Source of the DNA: Williopsis jadinii
Taxonomy: Eukaryota
Direction of reading: 5' to 3'
Assembly: GCA_024346625.1 (NCBI GenBank)
Contig: AP024666.1
Coordinates: forward strand, 1,612,001 to 1,676,000
Length of the DNA stretch: 64,000 nucleotides
This document shows positions 10,599 to 24,000 of this stretch, in pieces. The notes under the pieces are model-generated. The model ran no database searches, was not told where the DNA came from, and saw only the letters and a program-made list of their open reading frames with translations. The position numbers and the translations under genes are program-made. Numbering within the stretch: position 1 is the first letter of the stretch; every line of letters begins with the position of its first letter.

Positions 10599-12362
10599 TC
10601 AACACCAGAATCTTGCAATTCTGACATGCAATGGGGAGTTTCTGAGTTGCTCAGCATCTTCAGCATTCTCCTGAGCGATGACATCCGCATCAAAGATCTT
10701 TCTACCTCTAACCAAATCAATCTCCTCCGCTGATCTGAAGAGACGCCAGTTCTTGTGGTAGACCTTGTGAATGAGGTAGAACACGATGGCAACAACCATA
10801 CCAAGATAGTTTTGGAAGAAGTTCTCAGCATCAGCTTTACCGTTCTCGCCAATAGGGAACAGTGCAATCCAAAATTGGGCCATCAAGATCAAAACGTTGA
10901 TGGTGAAGGCATACCAGGAGCCCAAGACACCGGTCTTTGAACGGTATCCCAGCTCGCTAGTCGAGAAGCCTTGGACTTCCAAGGCCTTTCTGAAACGGAT
11001 GTGACAGAGCACAATGGTAGACCAGGTCAAGATGGTAGACAAACCAGAGATAGCCAACAACCAGTCGAACACCTCTTCCTGTTTCTTGTAAGCAGCGATG
11101 AAAGAGAAGATACCACACACAGCGGAGAAGATCAAGCATCTGATTGGTCTACCGGTTCTGTCGATGTAGTTGAAGAAAGAAGGAGCCATTCCTTGTTCAG
11201 CAAGAGATTGCAGTGTACGGGAAGAACAGAACATGGCAGAGTTACCGACAGACAAGACCGCAAGCAAGATGACTGCGTTGACAATGTGTGGAACAACGTT
11301 GACTTGCGAAACAGCAATGACGAATGGAGAAGTGTGAGACTGGGAACCAGAAGCACCGAGCAAATCTGGAGAGTTGTATGGAACCAACAAACCAATCAAG
11401 AACAATGGAATGACAAAGAGGAACACAATACGGTAAACAACTTGCTTGGTAGCCGATGGAATGGAACGACGTGGGTTTGGCTGTTCAGCAGCAGAGAAGG
11501 CCAGAAACTCGGTGCAACCAAAAGAGAATGCAGCATTGACAAACACAGCACACACACCTTTGAAAGAGTTTGCAAAGGCACCTGGGTTATGCCAATACTT
11601 CGCACCAACGTAGCCTGTAGAAGATGCACCACCACAGATCAGAATAACACACAAGATGGAAAACCCCAGAATCATCAACACCTTGGAGGTATTTAAAAAG
11701 AATTCAAATTCAGCATAACCATCACTTCCAATGAAGTTAGCAATGACAATAACGGTATAAAAGATCGCAATAAAGGCATCTGGGTTGATGGTCTCGTTCC
11801 AGTACTTGATGGTCATGGAAGCAGTAACCAACTCCAAAGGCATCACACAGAGCCATTGGATACAGTAGTTCCAGGAAACTGCAAAACAGAGAGAACTGTC
11901 GACAAGAATAGATGAATAAGCGTTGAAACCACCAGTCAAATTGGCATAAGTGACAGCCATTTCACCAGCAGCCTCCATAACAGGGATAAGCATACTACCG
12001 ATAACGATGATACCAATGATGAGACCAGCTGGACCACCATTATGAAGGGAGCTACCGGAACCAACAAGCAAACCGGTACCGATACCTGTGGCAATAGCAA
12101 TGAGGAACATGTGTCTTCTGTTGATACCCTTCTTCAACTTCTCACCTTCATTACGAGCTTCTCTGATTTGGGCCTTCTCGGCCTCTGAGAGAGACGGATC
12201 AATATCGTCATCCATCTTCTTGAAGGAGTCTTTGAATCTTTTCCACCTTGTTTCATTTTGAGGATTCGTCTCAGTAACTGCAGTAAAATGAAAAGAACCT
12301 GAATCTTCTTCAGACTTCATATTTGAAGTCTCGGCTTCAAGGGCCTCGATTTTATTACCCAT
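10599..12362 (-). CDS. Yeast amino acid permease (YAT family, Gnp1/Agp1/Tat-like)
   Basis: LKKGINRRHMFLIAIATGIGTGLLVG, AAFSFGCTE, about 12 TM segments, C-terminal FWC. Confidence 0.93.
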   Translation of the reverse strand: MGNKIEALEAETSNMKSEEDSGSFHFTAVTETNPQNETRWKRFKDSFKKMDDDIDPSLSEAEKAQIREARNEGEKLKKGINRRHMFLIAIATGIGTGLLVGSGSSLHNGGPAGLIIGIIVIGSMLIPVMEAAGEMAVTYANLTGGFNAYSSILVDSSLCFAVSWNYCIQWLCVMPLELVTASMTIKYWNETINPDAFIAIFYTVIVIANFIGSDGYAEFEFFLNTSKVLMILGFSILCVILICGGASSTGYVGAKYWHNPGAFANSFKGVCAVFVNAAFSFGCTEFLAFSAAEQPNPRRSIPSATKQVVYRIVFLFVIPLFLIGLLVPYNSPDLLGASGSQSHTSPFVIAVSQVNVVPHIVNAVILLAVLSVGNSAMFCSSRTLQSLAEQGMAPSFFNYIDRTGRPIRCLIFSAVCGIFSFIAAYKKQEEVFDWLLAISGLSTILTWSTIVLCHIRFRKALEVQGFSTSELGYRSKTGVLGSWYAFTINVLILMAQFWIALFPIGENGKADAENFFQNYLGMVVAIVFYLIHKVYHKNWRLFRSAEEIDLVRGRKIFDADVIAQENAEDAEQLRNSPLHVRIARFWC

Positions 12363-14361
12363 GATGGAAGTATATGTCTCAGTTGATAGGCTACGAAACT
12401 AAAAGCAAGCCAGATAGAGGAGGAATGAATTTCAATGGCATTAAAGAAAAACAGGCAACAAGAATAGCTTTATACTAAATCCCAGAAACCACGAGCTCTT
12501 GCATTTAAATGGATGATGTCGAAAGACAACTGGAAGGGAGCGCTTGCAGAAAAGAAATTCCACGGCAGTAGGCCCCCTCTCCCCGTACTTCCAAGTGTTA
12601 CATGACGTGCAAAAGTCGTTGCCAATCGTTGTCTTTCGGCTGATTTCTTGGGGCTATTGATTAAGATGCATTAGCCAATCAGACCGTTGTATAAAGTGCC
12701 TTCTGTAATGTAGTGTGGTGATCACTTTCCATGTTTCGCTTGACTGACAAAGCATTCTTCCTTACTGTGATGCTTCAACCTCCGCCGTCTACCCACTTGT
12801 GCTGTATTACTTCGTTAAACAGCGAAGTAAAAGTCACCACAGTGAAATGCAAGTTGTGGCCGTATGCTTCGCTTTTGTCCTGTGTCTTGGTGCCGTTGAT
12901 GCAAGCAGAAGATGCCGCAACGACCGTGCTAACTGGACCACCACTGTACAACGCATACAAGGGACATGTCACGGCCAATCCGTTCAGAATATCAACGGTG
13001 TGAGTAGGCAGGCCTTTGGACATGCCATAGCACACCGTTTCCCAGAATCATTCGCTCGGTGGTGCTGTTTTGTTGTTGTGTTGTAAGGGAATAACTTATG
13101 TGTCAAACCGCACTTCCCTGACAGGAGACGCGCCGAATCATCGAAAAAGGAGGAAAAACAAGAAATAAACTTCGGCCTTGAATGCCGCTTGATGCACGAC
13201 GGAAAAACAGAAACGCCGTCTGGTTTGCGCAACACCATATATGGGCGCTGAGTGCAAGCGTGAAGATGTTCCGCCAACGGGCCCACGAGCTGGCAACGGG
13301 TTGGACATTTGATGCCCTTTCCCTGTGAGTGCCTTATGCCACAAGTTGCCAGAAGTTGCCAGTTGTCGTCAAGTTGTTGGTGGCTTGATTTTGATCTGTG
13401 CCATTGATCAAGGAAACATCCGGTTGTTGTGCTTAGGGGCTTCCCTAAGGGACCATTGGACCAGCTGTGGCAGATAGGGAAGATAGGATATACAAGAGCT
13501 GACGATTCAGTGCAACTGTGTAGAGATAACAGGGCACTGTTATGCTGTTCTCAGATGGGAAGGAAAGGGACTCCTGGTGATGTACATCTTGTGTGTGATT
13601 GCCTTGAACATCCGAAGTTTGGAAAGCCTGGACCAGATGTAGTTCAATACATGCTTGAGTGGATCCCAAACATCCCCAATTATTTAGCGACTTAAGAGAC
13701 GTCTTTTCCCTCCAAGGTCAAAGGTGACAGGATTTAATGGGTGGATTCTTCAGTGTTATATAGGACAGCACAGCTCATTGGTTTGACCCTTTTTTTGCTG
13801 GAGACTTCAAAGTGAGATGCATGGTGGGTGGCATCAACAACGCTCCCAGAGTCAAGGCTCAACACCCTTTTGTGCGTATGGCACCAAGGGTTTCCGACTC
13901 TGATCAGGCTTTACCACCTACAACAATAGGCGCTCGTTTGACTCAGCTCGACTGAAAGCATCGTGCATCACCTTCTAATGCCGAGATCTATTGTCAATTT
14001 GTGCACTTCATACCGGTAAGACGGTTATATGGTGTCAGTTACCACGCCCACCACACATTGCGAAAATGCATACATCCATTAAGAATAGATAGGGATAACA
14101 TTTTGTGTATACTGTGTGCCATCCATAATCACAGCTGAGTGGGCAGATGTCTACATGCCTCTGTACTCATATATGGTCAGTGGCTAACGTGTGATTCCTT
14201 TTCCACAAGTGCCCTTACACACATGACACCACGCAAGTATAGCAATTGTCCAGGAAATACTACAATGGCCCAGCTGAGAAAGTCAATGGCTTTCGTGTGT
14301 GCTCCTAGTGGCTGCCAAATACGTGTTTGATGATCATAATTTGACAAACTTGGCAGTTTGA

Positions 14362-14667
14362 GCACTTCTTCTTGAAGATTTCAATGGTGTTTTGGTAGCT
14401 GTGCTTGCAGTGGTCAATATTACCTCATCATTGAGCGAAAGATTATTCAGTGATGTGAGAAGGTTACTGAAAGATGACAAAAGAGGGCTGTTGTCAGATC
14501 GTTCGTTGGAATTAGTTCTTATGAAGAGTTTCTTCACAAACGATAATCGGACACTTGCAGATTTTGATGAATCCAAGCTGTACCAGTACGTCGATACAAA
14601 TTCTCCAAGTGGTTTGCAAAAAGCTCTGAGTTTACGCCAATTAAGCACATTTCTATTATCAAAGTAA
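14362..14667 (+). mobile_element. Relic of a hAT-superfamily transposase (C-terminal dimerisation domain)
   Basis: AVLAVVNITSSLSERLFSDVRRLLKDDKRGLLSDRSLELVLMKSF fits the hAT dimerisation consensus (S..sER.FS.....l...R..Ls...le.l); no ATG start and a stop immediately upstream. Confidence 0.7.
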
Positions 14668-14877
14668 CTGATTTAGTGACTTTGCTTCGCTGACAAAACC
14701 CCAGGGCATCATATATATATATAGCCGTATATCAAGGTCACGTTAATAACCCGTCAGCCGGTATAGCCAACCATATGATCTCTCCGAAGACCACCAATTG
14801 GACAATTGACACATCTCAACAGGGAGTCCAGGTATGTTGATCAATCACATGTTTACAAAATGTCCTATAGTATTTGT

Positions 14878-15839
14878 TTAGACCACGCTCAAGTCACCAA
14901 AGAAGGAAACCTTCACGGCAATGATCAGCCCAACATGAGCCACAAGTAATGCAGCACACAGAACAATGGCAAGCTTTTCTTTATCAACAACAACGCAACT
15001 GTGTCTAGTCACTGGGAAAACTTTCACCAATATACTGGCACAACTGATTACACCTCCAAACAGGACGCTGATCCATTTCAAAGCACTGCTCAATATTGTA
15101 TGGTTGACCAAGAAGCCACGAAGGATACTTAGGATGGCAGCTGGAACCCATGCTATGTTGGCATAACCGTATATCGAAATGAGTCGTGAAAGTGGGAACA
15201 ATCCGGTGAGCTTCAAGTACCAGACAGTGATGAAGTAGAAAATGGTTGGAATGAGGAACGTGTAGCCATACAATAGCGAAATGGCACCTGTCAACAGATC
15301 AAAGTTGTACTTGTATGTAGAATCGCCTCCTTGGACCCAGCTAACCAGCAACCCTGAGCACGTATTACTGAAGAACAGTATGAAAATCACAGTTGCAGTG
15401 ACCCATATTGGACCGTAAAGATCGCCAATCTCTTCAACAGAGTCCGTCTTGGTTGAAACAAAGTTCAATGCCTGCGCACAGTTTTGCAGGAATTCGGTGG
15501 TATTCAGGTTGAAGTAACGTCTATAATGATTGACTGAGAGTACTCCACCATCAAAGTTATTCGAGATGTGTGGTGAGTCAGAGCTCTGTCCTGGTTGCTG
15601 CTGTGGTGTACTTGGTACTTCAGGCTCAATCACAAAGTCATCCGGGGGAATGTATGCCTGGGCAGTCATCGCCTTTGGCGTTGTTGACAGATTGGTGTCA
15701 TCTTCAAGCCAGTTGTCCTTCATCAATGTTAGTTCCCCAACTCCAGTGAAAAGGAGGAAATGAACAAGGCAAAAAGCCAGATGAGTCTACTTACGTTGTC
15801 GATGTCTAAAAGATCGTTGTTCTCGTTGGCTTTACTCAT
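14878..15839 (-). CDS. YIP5: Yip1-domain membrane protein (Yip5/YIPF1-like); exons 15839-15795 and 15717-14878
   Basis: YRRYFNLNT and DLYGPIWVTATVIF motifs; 77-nt intron 15794-15718 (GTAAGT...AACTAAC...AAG) joins the exons in frame. Confidence 0.8.
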
Positions 15840-16032
15840 TGTGACAGTGGTTGGATCTCCAATGTTGGAACAAAAGTACTGGAACGGGTAAAAGCGCAGA
15901 GACCCGTTAAATCCACACGAATCCACACAAATCCAGCGGGACGGGATTGGCTCACTTCCGAGGGCACAACTTTGACCGGATTTCCCAATTGGGAAACGCC
16001 AACTACAACGGTTGAAACAGTGAAGATGCATT

Positions 16033-17946
16033 TCAACTATAGTAAGCAGAGGTGTCGTAGTCGTTAAGAATCAGCGAGTTCGCAGATCCCACGTTGTAAT
16101 AGCCACTTGGTGTTGATCCCTGTACCTGTGTCTCTCTCTCATTCAGAGCTGAGGTCATTGGTGGTGAAGACAACGGAGTGTGCGTGTCACTCAGCACTTT
16201 TGATGGGCCGTCAAGGCTCTGAAGGTACCCAGTTCTCTGTTCGTTGCTCAGAGAGGGAGATGTCCTCTTTGTTTGGTTTGGATGGTCACTCTTAACTGGT
16301 GAGTCAATTCCATGTGTTGGGGATGGCTTGGCTGGTGACGTTCTCTTCTTTGATGATGTCTCATGGTGTGACGGCGTTGCACTCACCAGTGTCTTTGTCC
16401 GGTCTTTTAGCTCAATATCTTCGAATTCAACCTCGTAAGCTGTATCAAACACGTTCTCAATCAGTGTTTCGTCTAATCCATAGGTCTCCGGGAGGTAAAA
16501 GCCCATAAACAGAGCTCCACAGATGCAAAATGCACCAAAGAGTATAAACGTTCCCCATTTGATGGTGCTCAACAATAAGGGTGCTAAGAAAGTCAACAAG
16601 AAGTTGAGGGACCATGAAAAACTCATACAGATGGCTGAACCTTTAACCTTGGCCTTTGATGGTAGGATCTCATTGGTATATAGCCAAGCTGCGCACGACA
16701 AACTCGATGCAAATATTGCAACAAAGAGAAAACAAAAGGCGAGGCATATTGATCCTGGTGTGCCTTTGATCTCCCATACAATGCTCTCATTACCATCCAC
16801 GGGTAAAACAGCATGTCCAAAGGATCCCATTATTATACCAATGACCAAGTTACACAGTCCAAGAGATACAGCGCCATAAACAAGGACATCCTTCCGTCTC
16901 ATCTTATCAAGCCACAAGATTGGGATGACTGTGAATATCACATTGATCACATACTGGACAGAGGCTGAAAGAATCTTACTATCACCTTGTAAGCCAATCA
17001 TCTCACAGATGAAGACTAAGTAGTACATCAAGACACCTATACCACTCAACTGAACGACGCACTGTGTGGTTATTCCAGCTATGAGATGATACCTTAGAGA
17101 ATGACCCAATAAATCTCTGTATGAACACTTCTTCAGGTGATTCTCAAATTGGTTAAGCACGCCTTCGATGTTGTTCAAATTGTTCAGAGACAGGTTAGCG
17201 TGTATGACCTGATCCGGTATTTCATCCTTGGTTGACCACGCAAGCTTTAAGCTGTCCATTGTTTGTGTCGCTAGCAGCCATTTCCCCTTCGAGGCATACC
17301 ACTTCGGGGACTCAGGTAATATGAACCCCAAGAATAGAAGCATCAATCCTGGTAACCCTTCCACTGCCCATGCTACTCTGAAGGAACCATCTTCTTCAAG
17401 GTTCAAGCACAAATATGAGAGGTAAAACATTATCATTATACCCCACGTCAAGCACCACTGAAGTGTAGATGTGCCTAGACCCCGTTTATTTGCCGGCAAA
17501 AGCTCCATGACATAGACTACAATAGATGCAGAAAGAATACCAACGGCGATGCCCTTGATACTTCTTCCAGCGATAAGGGTTCCGATATCCACGACGAAAA
17601 CAGAAACTACACTACCAACCACCCAAGCAAATGAGGCGATCTGGATAGTCGAGACACGGCCAAAAGCTTCAGATAACACACCTGCTAGCCAACAGCCAGC
17701 TAACGAAGGGAATTGTTAGTGCTTCCACACTCTGAGAGTACTTTCCTGTCAAGTATACTTACCAAAAGCCGCTGCCGGCGACGATCCCGCTATAATACCT
17801 TGCCATAGAGGAGAAGGATAGTCAAAGTAAAACTTGAACTCCTCCTGGCCTATGAAAACTGCCATAGCTGTGGTTTCAAGCCCGAGCATCAACCCACCTA
17901 ATGACACAATCAACAATATCAGATTGGGATGATACACCTTGAACAT
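16033..17946 (-). CDS. Divergent MFS sugar porter (Hgt1-like) with long C-terminal tail; exons 17946-17763 and 17699-16033
   Basis: PESPKW, QWCLTWGI and PETYG motifs; 63-nt intron 17762-17700 (GTAAGT...CACTAAC...TAG) joins two ORFs in frame. Confidence 0.85.
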
Positions 17947-18459
17947 CGTCAACAAAAAACGTGTGTGCTGTTTCTGGAAACTGAGAGGCGCTGAGATTGA
18001 ATTCCGCGTGTAATGATAGTGCCATGGTGATTGTAAAGCTGATTTAAATATTTCCTTTTATCTACGCAATTGGTTTTGTGTAATGGTTGGTGGAATAACT
18101 TGCGTGCATTGTTTACATTTAGGCGAAACGTTATTTCTGCGCCTGTCTCCCAACTAGAGTTGCTGTGGTAACACCAACCTGCCCCTGCCACGCCGTCGCC
18201 GCCCAGGATAGTGATGGTAGGGTAACATTTTATAAAGATGGCGCGCTCTGCTTTTCGAATTTGTGATTATGTAATATCGGTACAGCCACGTTTTGTCGAT
18301 GCGCTGATTTGACGCTTCATTTTTTTTTTCCGTGCGTGGCCGACTTCTTCTTCGATGGGCTTTCGAAATCTCGGAAGTTTGTAAAATCTGTTTGGTTCAA
18401 GATTGACAAGTTGCACCATCTCCAGCTCATTCTAAGACGTTTAGTTTAAAGCAGGAGAG

Positions 18460-20709
18460 ATGAGACTTTTGGGGAACTTGTGGGGTAAGAGCTCTCGTCA
18501 GCTCTTGAACTCCTTTGCTCAGAAGAGACTGTTCCATTACTCAGCTGCTGTTCGTACCTACGAGGAGGAAAAGGTTGTCATTGACAAGATCCTCGAGAAG
18601 CTGCCGGAAGATGACTTGAAGAAGTCGTCGTTGATGAGAAACATCGGTATCTCTGCCCACATTGACTCTGGTAAGACCACATTCACTGAGCGTGTGCTTT
18701 TCTACACGGGTAGAATCAAGGCCATCCATGAGGTGAGAGGCCGTGATAACGTTGGTGCCAAGATGGACTCGATGGATCTTGAAAGGGAAAAAGGTATCAC
18801 CATTCAGTCTGCTGCTACCTACTGTTCTTGGGAGAGAAACAACAAGCCTTACCATTTTAACTTGATTGATACACCAGGTCACATCGATTTCACCATTGAA
18901 GTCGAAAGAGCTCTTAGAGTCTTGGATGGTGCTGTCTTGGTTGTCTGTGCTGTGTCTGGTGTCCAATCCCAAACTGTCACCGTGGACCGTCAGATGCGTC
19001 GTTATAACGTTCCAAGAGTCACATTCATCAACAAGATGGATAGAATGGGTGCTGATCCTTTCAAGGCCATTGAGCAAATCAATGCTAAACTCAGAACCCC
19101 TGCTGCTGCCATTCAAGTCCCAATCGGTGCTGAATCCCAGTTGAAAGGTACCGTGAACATCATTGATAGAGTTGCTGTGTACAACGAAGGCTCTCAAGGT
19201 GAAATCCTGAGAACTGATGAAATCCCAGCTGATTTGGTTGACCTCGTTGAAGAGAAGAGAGCACTGTTGATTGAGACATTGGCCGACGTTGATGACGAGA
19301 TTGCTGAGATCTACCTCGATGAACAAGAGCCAACTCCTCAACAGATTAAGGATGCCATTAGAAGAGCCACCATTGCCAGAAAATTCACTCCAGTCTTGAT
19401 GGGCTCAGCTTTGGCTAACACCGGTATACAGCCTGTCTTGGATGCCGTCTGTGACTATTTGCCAAACCCAAGTGAAATTTTGAACAAAGGTTTGGATGTT
19501 AAGAACGACGAGACACCAGTTGAATTGATTCCATCCTCCAAAGAGCCATTTGTCGGTTTGGCATTCAAGCTTGAAGAAGGTAAATATGGTCAATTGACAT
19601 ACCTCAGAGTGTACCAAGGTCGTTTGAAGAAGGGTGGTTACATCACCAACGTCAAGACTGGCAAGAAGGTTAAAGTCTCCCGATTGGTACGTATGCACTC
19701 CGAGGAAATGGAGGACGTTGACGAGATTGGACCTGGTGAAATCTGTGCTACTTTTGGTATTGATTGTTCCTCTGGTGATACTTTCTCCGATGGTACCACG
19801 CAAATCGCCATGTCCTCTATGTTCGTTCCAGATGCCGTTATTTCTCTCTCTATCACTCCAAAATCCAAGGATGTGACAAACTTCTCAAAGGCCATCAACC
19901 GTTTCCAAAAGGAGGATCCAACCTTCAGAGTCAACTACGACCCAGAATCGAAGGAGACAGTCATCTCAGGTATGGGTGAATTGCACCTGGAAATCTATGT
20001 TGAGCGTATGAAGCGTGAGTACGGTGTTGAATGTACCACGGGTAAACCACAAGTCTCTTACCGTGAAGCCATCACCATCCCAGCAGACTTTGACTACACC
20101 CACAAGAAACAATCTGGTGGTGCTGGTCAATTCGCCAAAGTTGCCGGTAAGCTGGAGCCAGTTGAAGGTGACTGTAGCTTCGAGGCTCAAATCGTCGGTG
20201 GTAAGATCCCAGAGAAGTTCTTGCTTGCTTGTCGTAAGGGATTCGAGGAGGCCATTGAAAAGGGTCCTCTCATTGGTCACAAGGTTCTCGGTGTTTCGAT
20301 GCTCATTAACGATGGTCAAGTCCACGTTGTCGACTCCAACGAACTGGCCTTCAGAACCGCAACCATCGCTGCCTTCAAGCAGGGTTTCCTCAAGGCCAAC
20401 CCAGTGATCTTGGAGCCAATCATGAACGTGGATGTCACCGCGCCAAATGAGTTCCAAGGTAACGTCATTGGATTGCTGAACAAGGTGAGCGCCATCATCG
20501 CCGACACTGAAAACGGCCAGGATGAGTTCACCATCACCGCTGAGTGTCCTTTGAACCAAATGTTTGGTTTCGCCACCTCCTTGAGAGCTGCCACTCAGGG
20601 TAAGGGTGAATTCTCCTTGGAGTTCAAGCAATACTCCCAGGCTCCAGTGCATCTACAGAAGGAGTTGATTGCTGAGCATCAAAAGAAACTCGCAGAGGAG
20701 AAGAAGTGA
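18460..20709 (+). CDS. MEF1: Mitochondrial elongation factor G1
   Basis: [51 protein letters not shown]; basic N-terminal presequence. Confidence 0.97.
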   Translation: MRLLGNLWGKSSRQLLNSFAQKRLFHYSAAVRTYEEEKVVIDKILEKLPEDDLKKSSLMRNIGISAHIDSGKTTFTERVLFYTGRIKAIHEVRGRDNVGAKMDSMDLEREKGITIQSAATYCSWERNNKPYHFNLIDTPGHIDFTIEVERALRVLDGAVLVVCAVSGVQSQTVTVDRQMRRYNVPRVTFINKMDRMGADPFKAIEQINAKLRTPAAAIQVPIGAESQLKGTVNIIDRVAVYNEGSQGEILRTDEIPADLVDLVEEKRALLIETLADVDDEIAEIYLDEQEPTPQQIKDAIRRATIARKFTPVLMGSALANTGIQPVLDAVCDYLPNPSEILNKGLDVKNDETPVELIPSSKEPFVGLAFKLEEGKYGQLTYLRVYQGRLKKGGYITNVKTGKKVKVSRLVRMHSEEMEDVDEIGPGEICATFGIDCSSGDTFSDGTTQIAMSSMFVPDAVISLSITPKSKDVTNFSKAINRFQKEDPTFRVNYDPESKETVISGMGELHLEIYVERMKREYGVECTTGKPQVSYREAITIPADFDYTHKKQSGGAGQFAKVAGKLEPVEGDCSFEAQIVGGKIPEKFLLACRKGFEEAIEKGPLIGHKVLGVSMLINDGQVHVVDSNELAFRTATIAAFKQGFLKANPVILEPIMNVDVTAPNEFQGNVIGLLNKVSAIIADTENGQDEFTITAECPLNQMFGFATSLRAATQGKGEFSLEFKQYSQAPVHLQKELIAEHQKKLAEEKK

Positions 20710-20870
20710 TGGCGGTCTCCACGTTACTGCAATAGTCGTATAGAAAGTGTTAAGATATCCTTGTACATATTTAAAAATGTGTAGTGTGTTTATACAACGT
20801 TCAACATGGGCAGAGGTCTCTGAACACCTTGCCGCTTCACGGTGTTGGTGGTGCTTGAGGGTTTTTTTGC

Positions 20871-20913
<43 letters not shown>
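20871..20913. repeat. (GTT)n microsatellite
   Basis: About 14 consecutive GTT units between MEF1 and MMS1. Confidence 0.95.
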
Positions 20914-20914
<1 letters not shown>

Positions 20915-21027
20915 TCTGTGTGGCACCGTTCGATCAACAAACTCCGAGAACGTTTTCCAGCAAAGCTCAAGAACTCAGCAAGATTTGCTACGCGCGTAGG
21001 GAAGCCAGCGGGTGGTTTGGTTATGGA

Positions 21028-24000
21028 ATGATCGATATCAGCGCGGTAAGGGAAGAGGACTTTGGTGATGTCCTCGACACTGATGTCAGCGACGTTTCAG
21101 CGGAGGTCGAGGCCGTTGTAAGCGACCAAGATGCTAACCACGGTGCTCTTCAAGGCACCGTGGTGTCCAGTCCCATTGTTATGGCGATCTACAAGGTCAA
21201 TTACTCGATTAACAAGCCTGTGGAGGGGCTGGAGGAGCTGCGAAGTGAGAATGATGGTAATATAATGACATCCGAGATGGTTAGAGAGCTCAATGTTCCT
21301 GAGGGTGATTCATTCAACACTGATGGCTTCGACAGCTTGGAAGCAGATATGTTGAAGTATACCGAATCCAAGGCCAAAGGTGCAGTAAGCGGAGCGGACG
21401 TGAAGGATGATGAGGTTTCTGAGGACTACCAGCCTGAACTTGATTCAGTTGTAGTGCGTGTTCACCAATCATATATCAGTACTGGTGAGGACTCCGTGTT
21501 CCCTTTACCTGCGGCAGTGAGGGCTTGCAACGTTCTTCCAGGTGCATCCCTTGGTGACGGGCTATTCGACGAGGACACCCTTGTTGTTACCGTCATGTCA
21601 CAGCTGGTTCTGCTCATAAGGTTCTTTGCTCAAGGTGATAGGGTTGTGCCCTACGTTGTTCAAAGCTGGAGAACCTCACACCCTACTGAAGACGTCAGTG
21701 CTTTAACTACCGTGGGACGTGAGATCCTGGTACACAAGTCTGGTTCTGTTATAGCCTTACCAGCTCAAAAGGACATTGTTCGGCTGTACTATTGTGCTCA
21801 AACTCGACGTGGTGTCATGCTCGATCAGATCCATAATTTGGTTGTAGACGGCACAATCCTGCACTCTTGCTTCCTCGATCCGCTGAAGGATGTCCCTGGT
21901 GGACATGCGATGCTGTGTGTCATGATGATAACGTCCCAAAAGAGATATGTTATTCGACTCTATGAATGGTGGATTGATGAAAGAAGAATTTCAGAGCATA
22001 CGCCCTTACTCCTGAACAATGATTTTGAAATTCCTGTTTTTGTTATACCCTTCAAACAGAGGATCTTCATGATGATGCCAAAGTCAATCATTGTAGTTGG
22101 AATCAACAATATACTGTCCGCTGATAAAGGATTCCTTGGTGTTGAGTTCCCTGGCTCCTTCCCCGTGAGCTGCTTCAGGCCCACAACACCAATTATAGCG
22201 CCAGATCCAGACGATGAAGTTCTCATAGCGACAGAAGATGGCACAATATACTCCGTTGTGATATATGATGAGAAGACTCATATCCGGCCAATCCTAAGAA
22301 TACCAAAGATCTCAAAGTTCATTTTGGAAAAGAGAGATTCACAATACCACCTTGTGTATTCCAGAGACCTATCATATGGTGGCTGTATTGTTTTTGATGA
22401 CATTGTTCGAGATTCTTTAGCCACTGATAAGCTGGAAAAGAGCCAAGGTCAGATGATTCTTAAGTGGGATAATTGGGCACCTCTGTGGGATGTTTCTGTT
22501 GTAACGGATAAGGACAATAATGAAGAATTGTGGTTAGCACATGGCAAGTACTTGTCACTTCTAAAAAGAGGATACTCTGCTACAAAGGAGATTTCAGATT
22601 CGTCTCTGAAACGGGCTTCTAAGGTGTACATGTATGAGGTGAATGATTCCTTCTACTTCATTTTTTCCTTTGTCGATAAAACGCTTATGTTTAGGTTAGA
22701 GGACGATTCGCTGGTTGAGATCAACGATAACATGATTGATATGTTGAGACCAACACTTTACATGTATCGGTTCGGCGATATCTGTATTCAAGTTACCGAC
22801 AATTCTATTATGGCACTTGATTTCTACGAGGACAATGTTATCACAAAGGACTTCTCCGAGGATATTGTAATGGCACATGGTCTAGATGAAGTACTAGCCG
22901 TCATATCAGAAGACGTTGTTAATGATGAGTTCCGTACAACCCTGACGGTACATCAACTCGAAACAAGTTCGTGGACTAGTGATCCTCATAAATTTTTAAT
23001 CTCTGCCAGTCCGAATTTTGTCAGGGTGATAGCTATTGAGTACAGGTTCTTTATAGTCATTGGCTTCCAATCAAGTTTAGCATTTTGGGAACAAACAGAA
23101 AACGGGTTCGAGTTTCGAGATGAAATCGTTATTCCTTTCAAGGAACTCCACGATTTAATACAAGTTGGCGATATGATGTATCTGAGCACTCGATATGGAA
23201 AGTACATCTGCTACAATCTACGCATCAATGATGAGAGTATTGGCTTAGAATACCTATACCACATGCAATTATGCACTTTGCCGATTGAATTTCATTTAGC
23301 CATTGATCACATTTTACTGATTTCCAAAGGAGTATGGAGACTAGAATTCAACTCGAAGTTCCCCGTGCCCATTATATTCCAGGAAACGAAAGAACGTTGT
23401 GTATTTTCATGTATTCATACAATTGGGTCTAAATACGCCATGCTTAGAGATGATGGCTTTACAATGGTTGATGTCTCATCTCAATATGCACCAGTTTTGA
23501 AGACAATCAGCTTGGGGAAAGTTCCCAAGAAAATCCAACACATATGCCATCTCAACGTATTCGCAATAATGACAGAGAGTACACTGATATTCTCCAACAA
23601 GCACACAGTTTTGGAGACGAGGTTATTCTCTAGAAAGCAGAACAGGTCGGTATTTGGCAATGAAACTTTACATCACATTTCTGAATGGATCTTACCAACT
23701 TCTGAGAAGTCATTCAGAAACATACTAGTTGCGTGCAGTAACAATAACGGTGGAACCATCAAAGTATTACAACCCAAAGTTCACGTTGAGGATGCCAATG
23801 TGATTGAATGCTTTGAGATTTACTCCATAAAGGCACCTGAAGCAGTCCTGGTTGTTGAGCAATTAAATGACAATGAGATCATTTATTCTTCCGGGTCCAC
23901 GCTGTACAAATGTCAGTATGATCACAACAAGAAAAAGATGAGTGAACCAATATCACTTAAACTGTTCAACGAATTAATCACTGGTATTAGTGTCGGTGAA

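Noticed and set aside
14103..14250. BED-finger-like CILC...STSALTHM upstream of the hAT relic
   Set aside because: Spacing too long and interrupted by a stop; not supportable by eye
18541..20652. Long antisense ORFs over MEF1 (also over FET3 and the permease)
   Set aside because: Expected from codon bias of the sense gene; no independent motifs
20842..21027. Poly-Val N-terminal extension of the MMS1-like ORF
   Set aside because: Non-ATG start that translates the GTT microsatellite; first ATG is 21028
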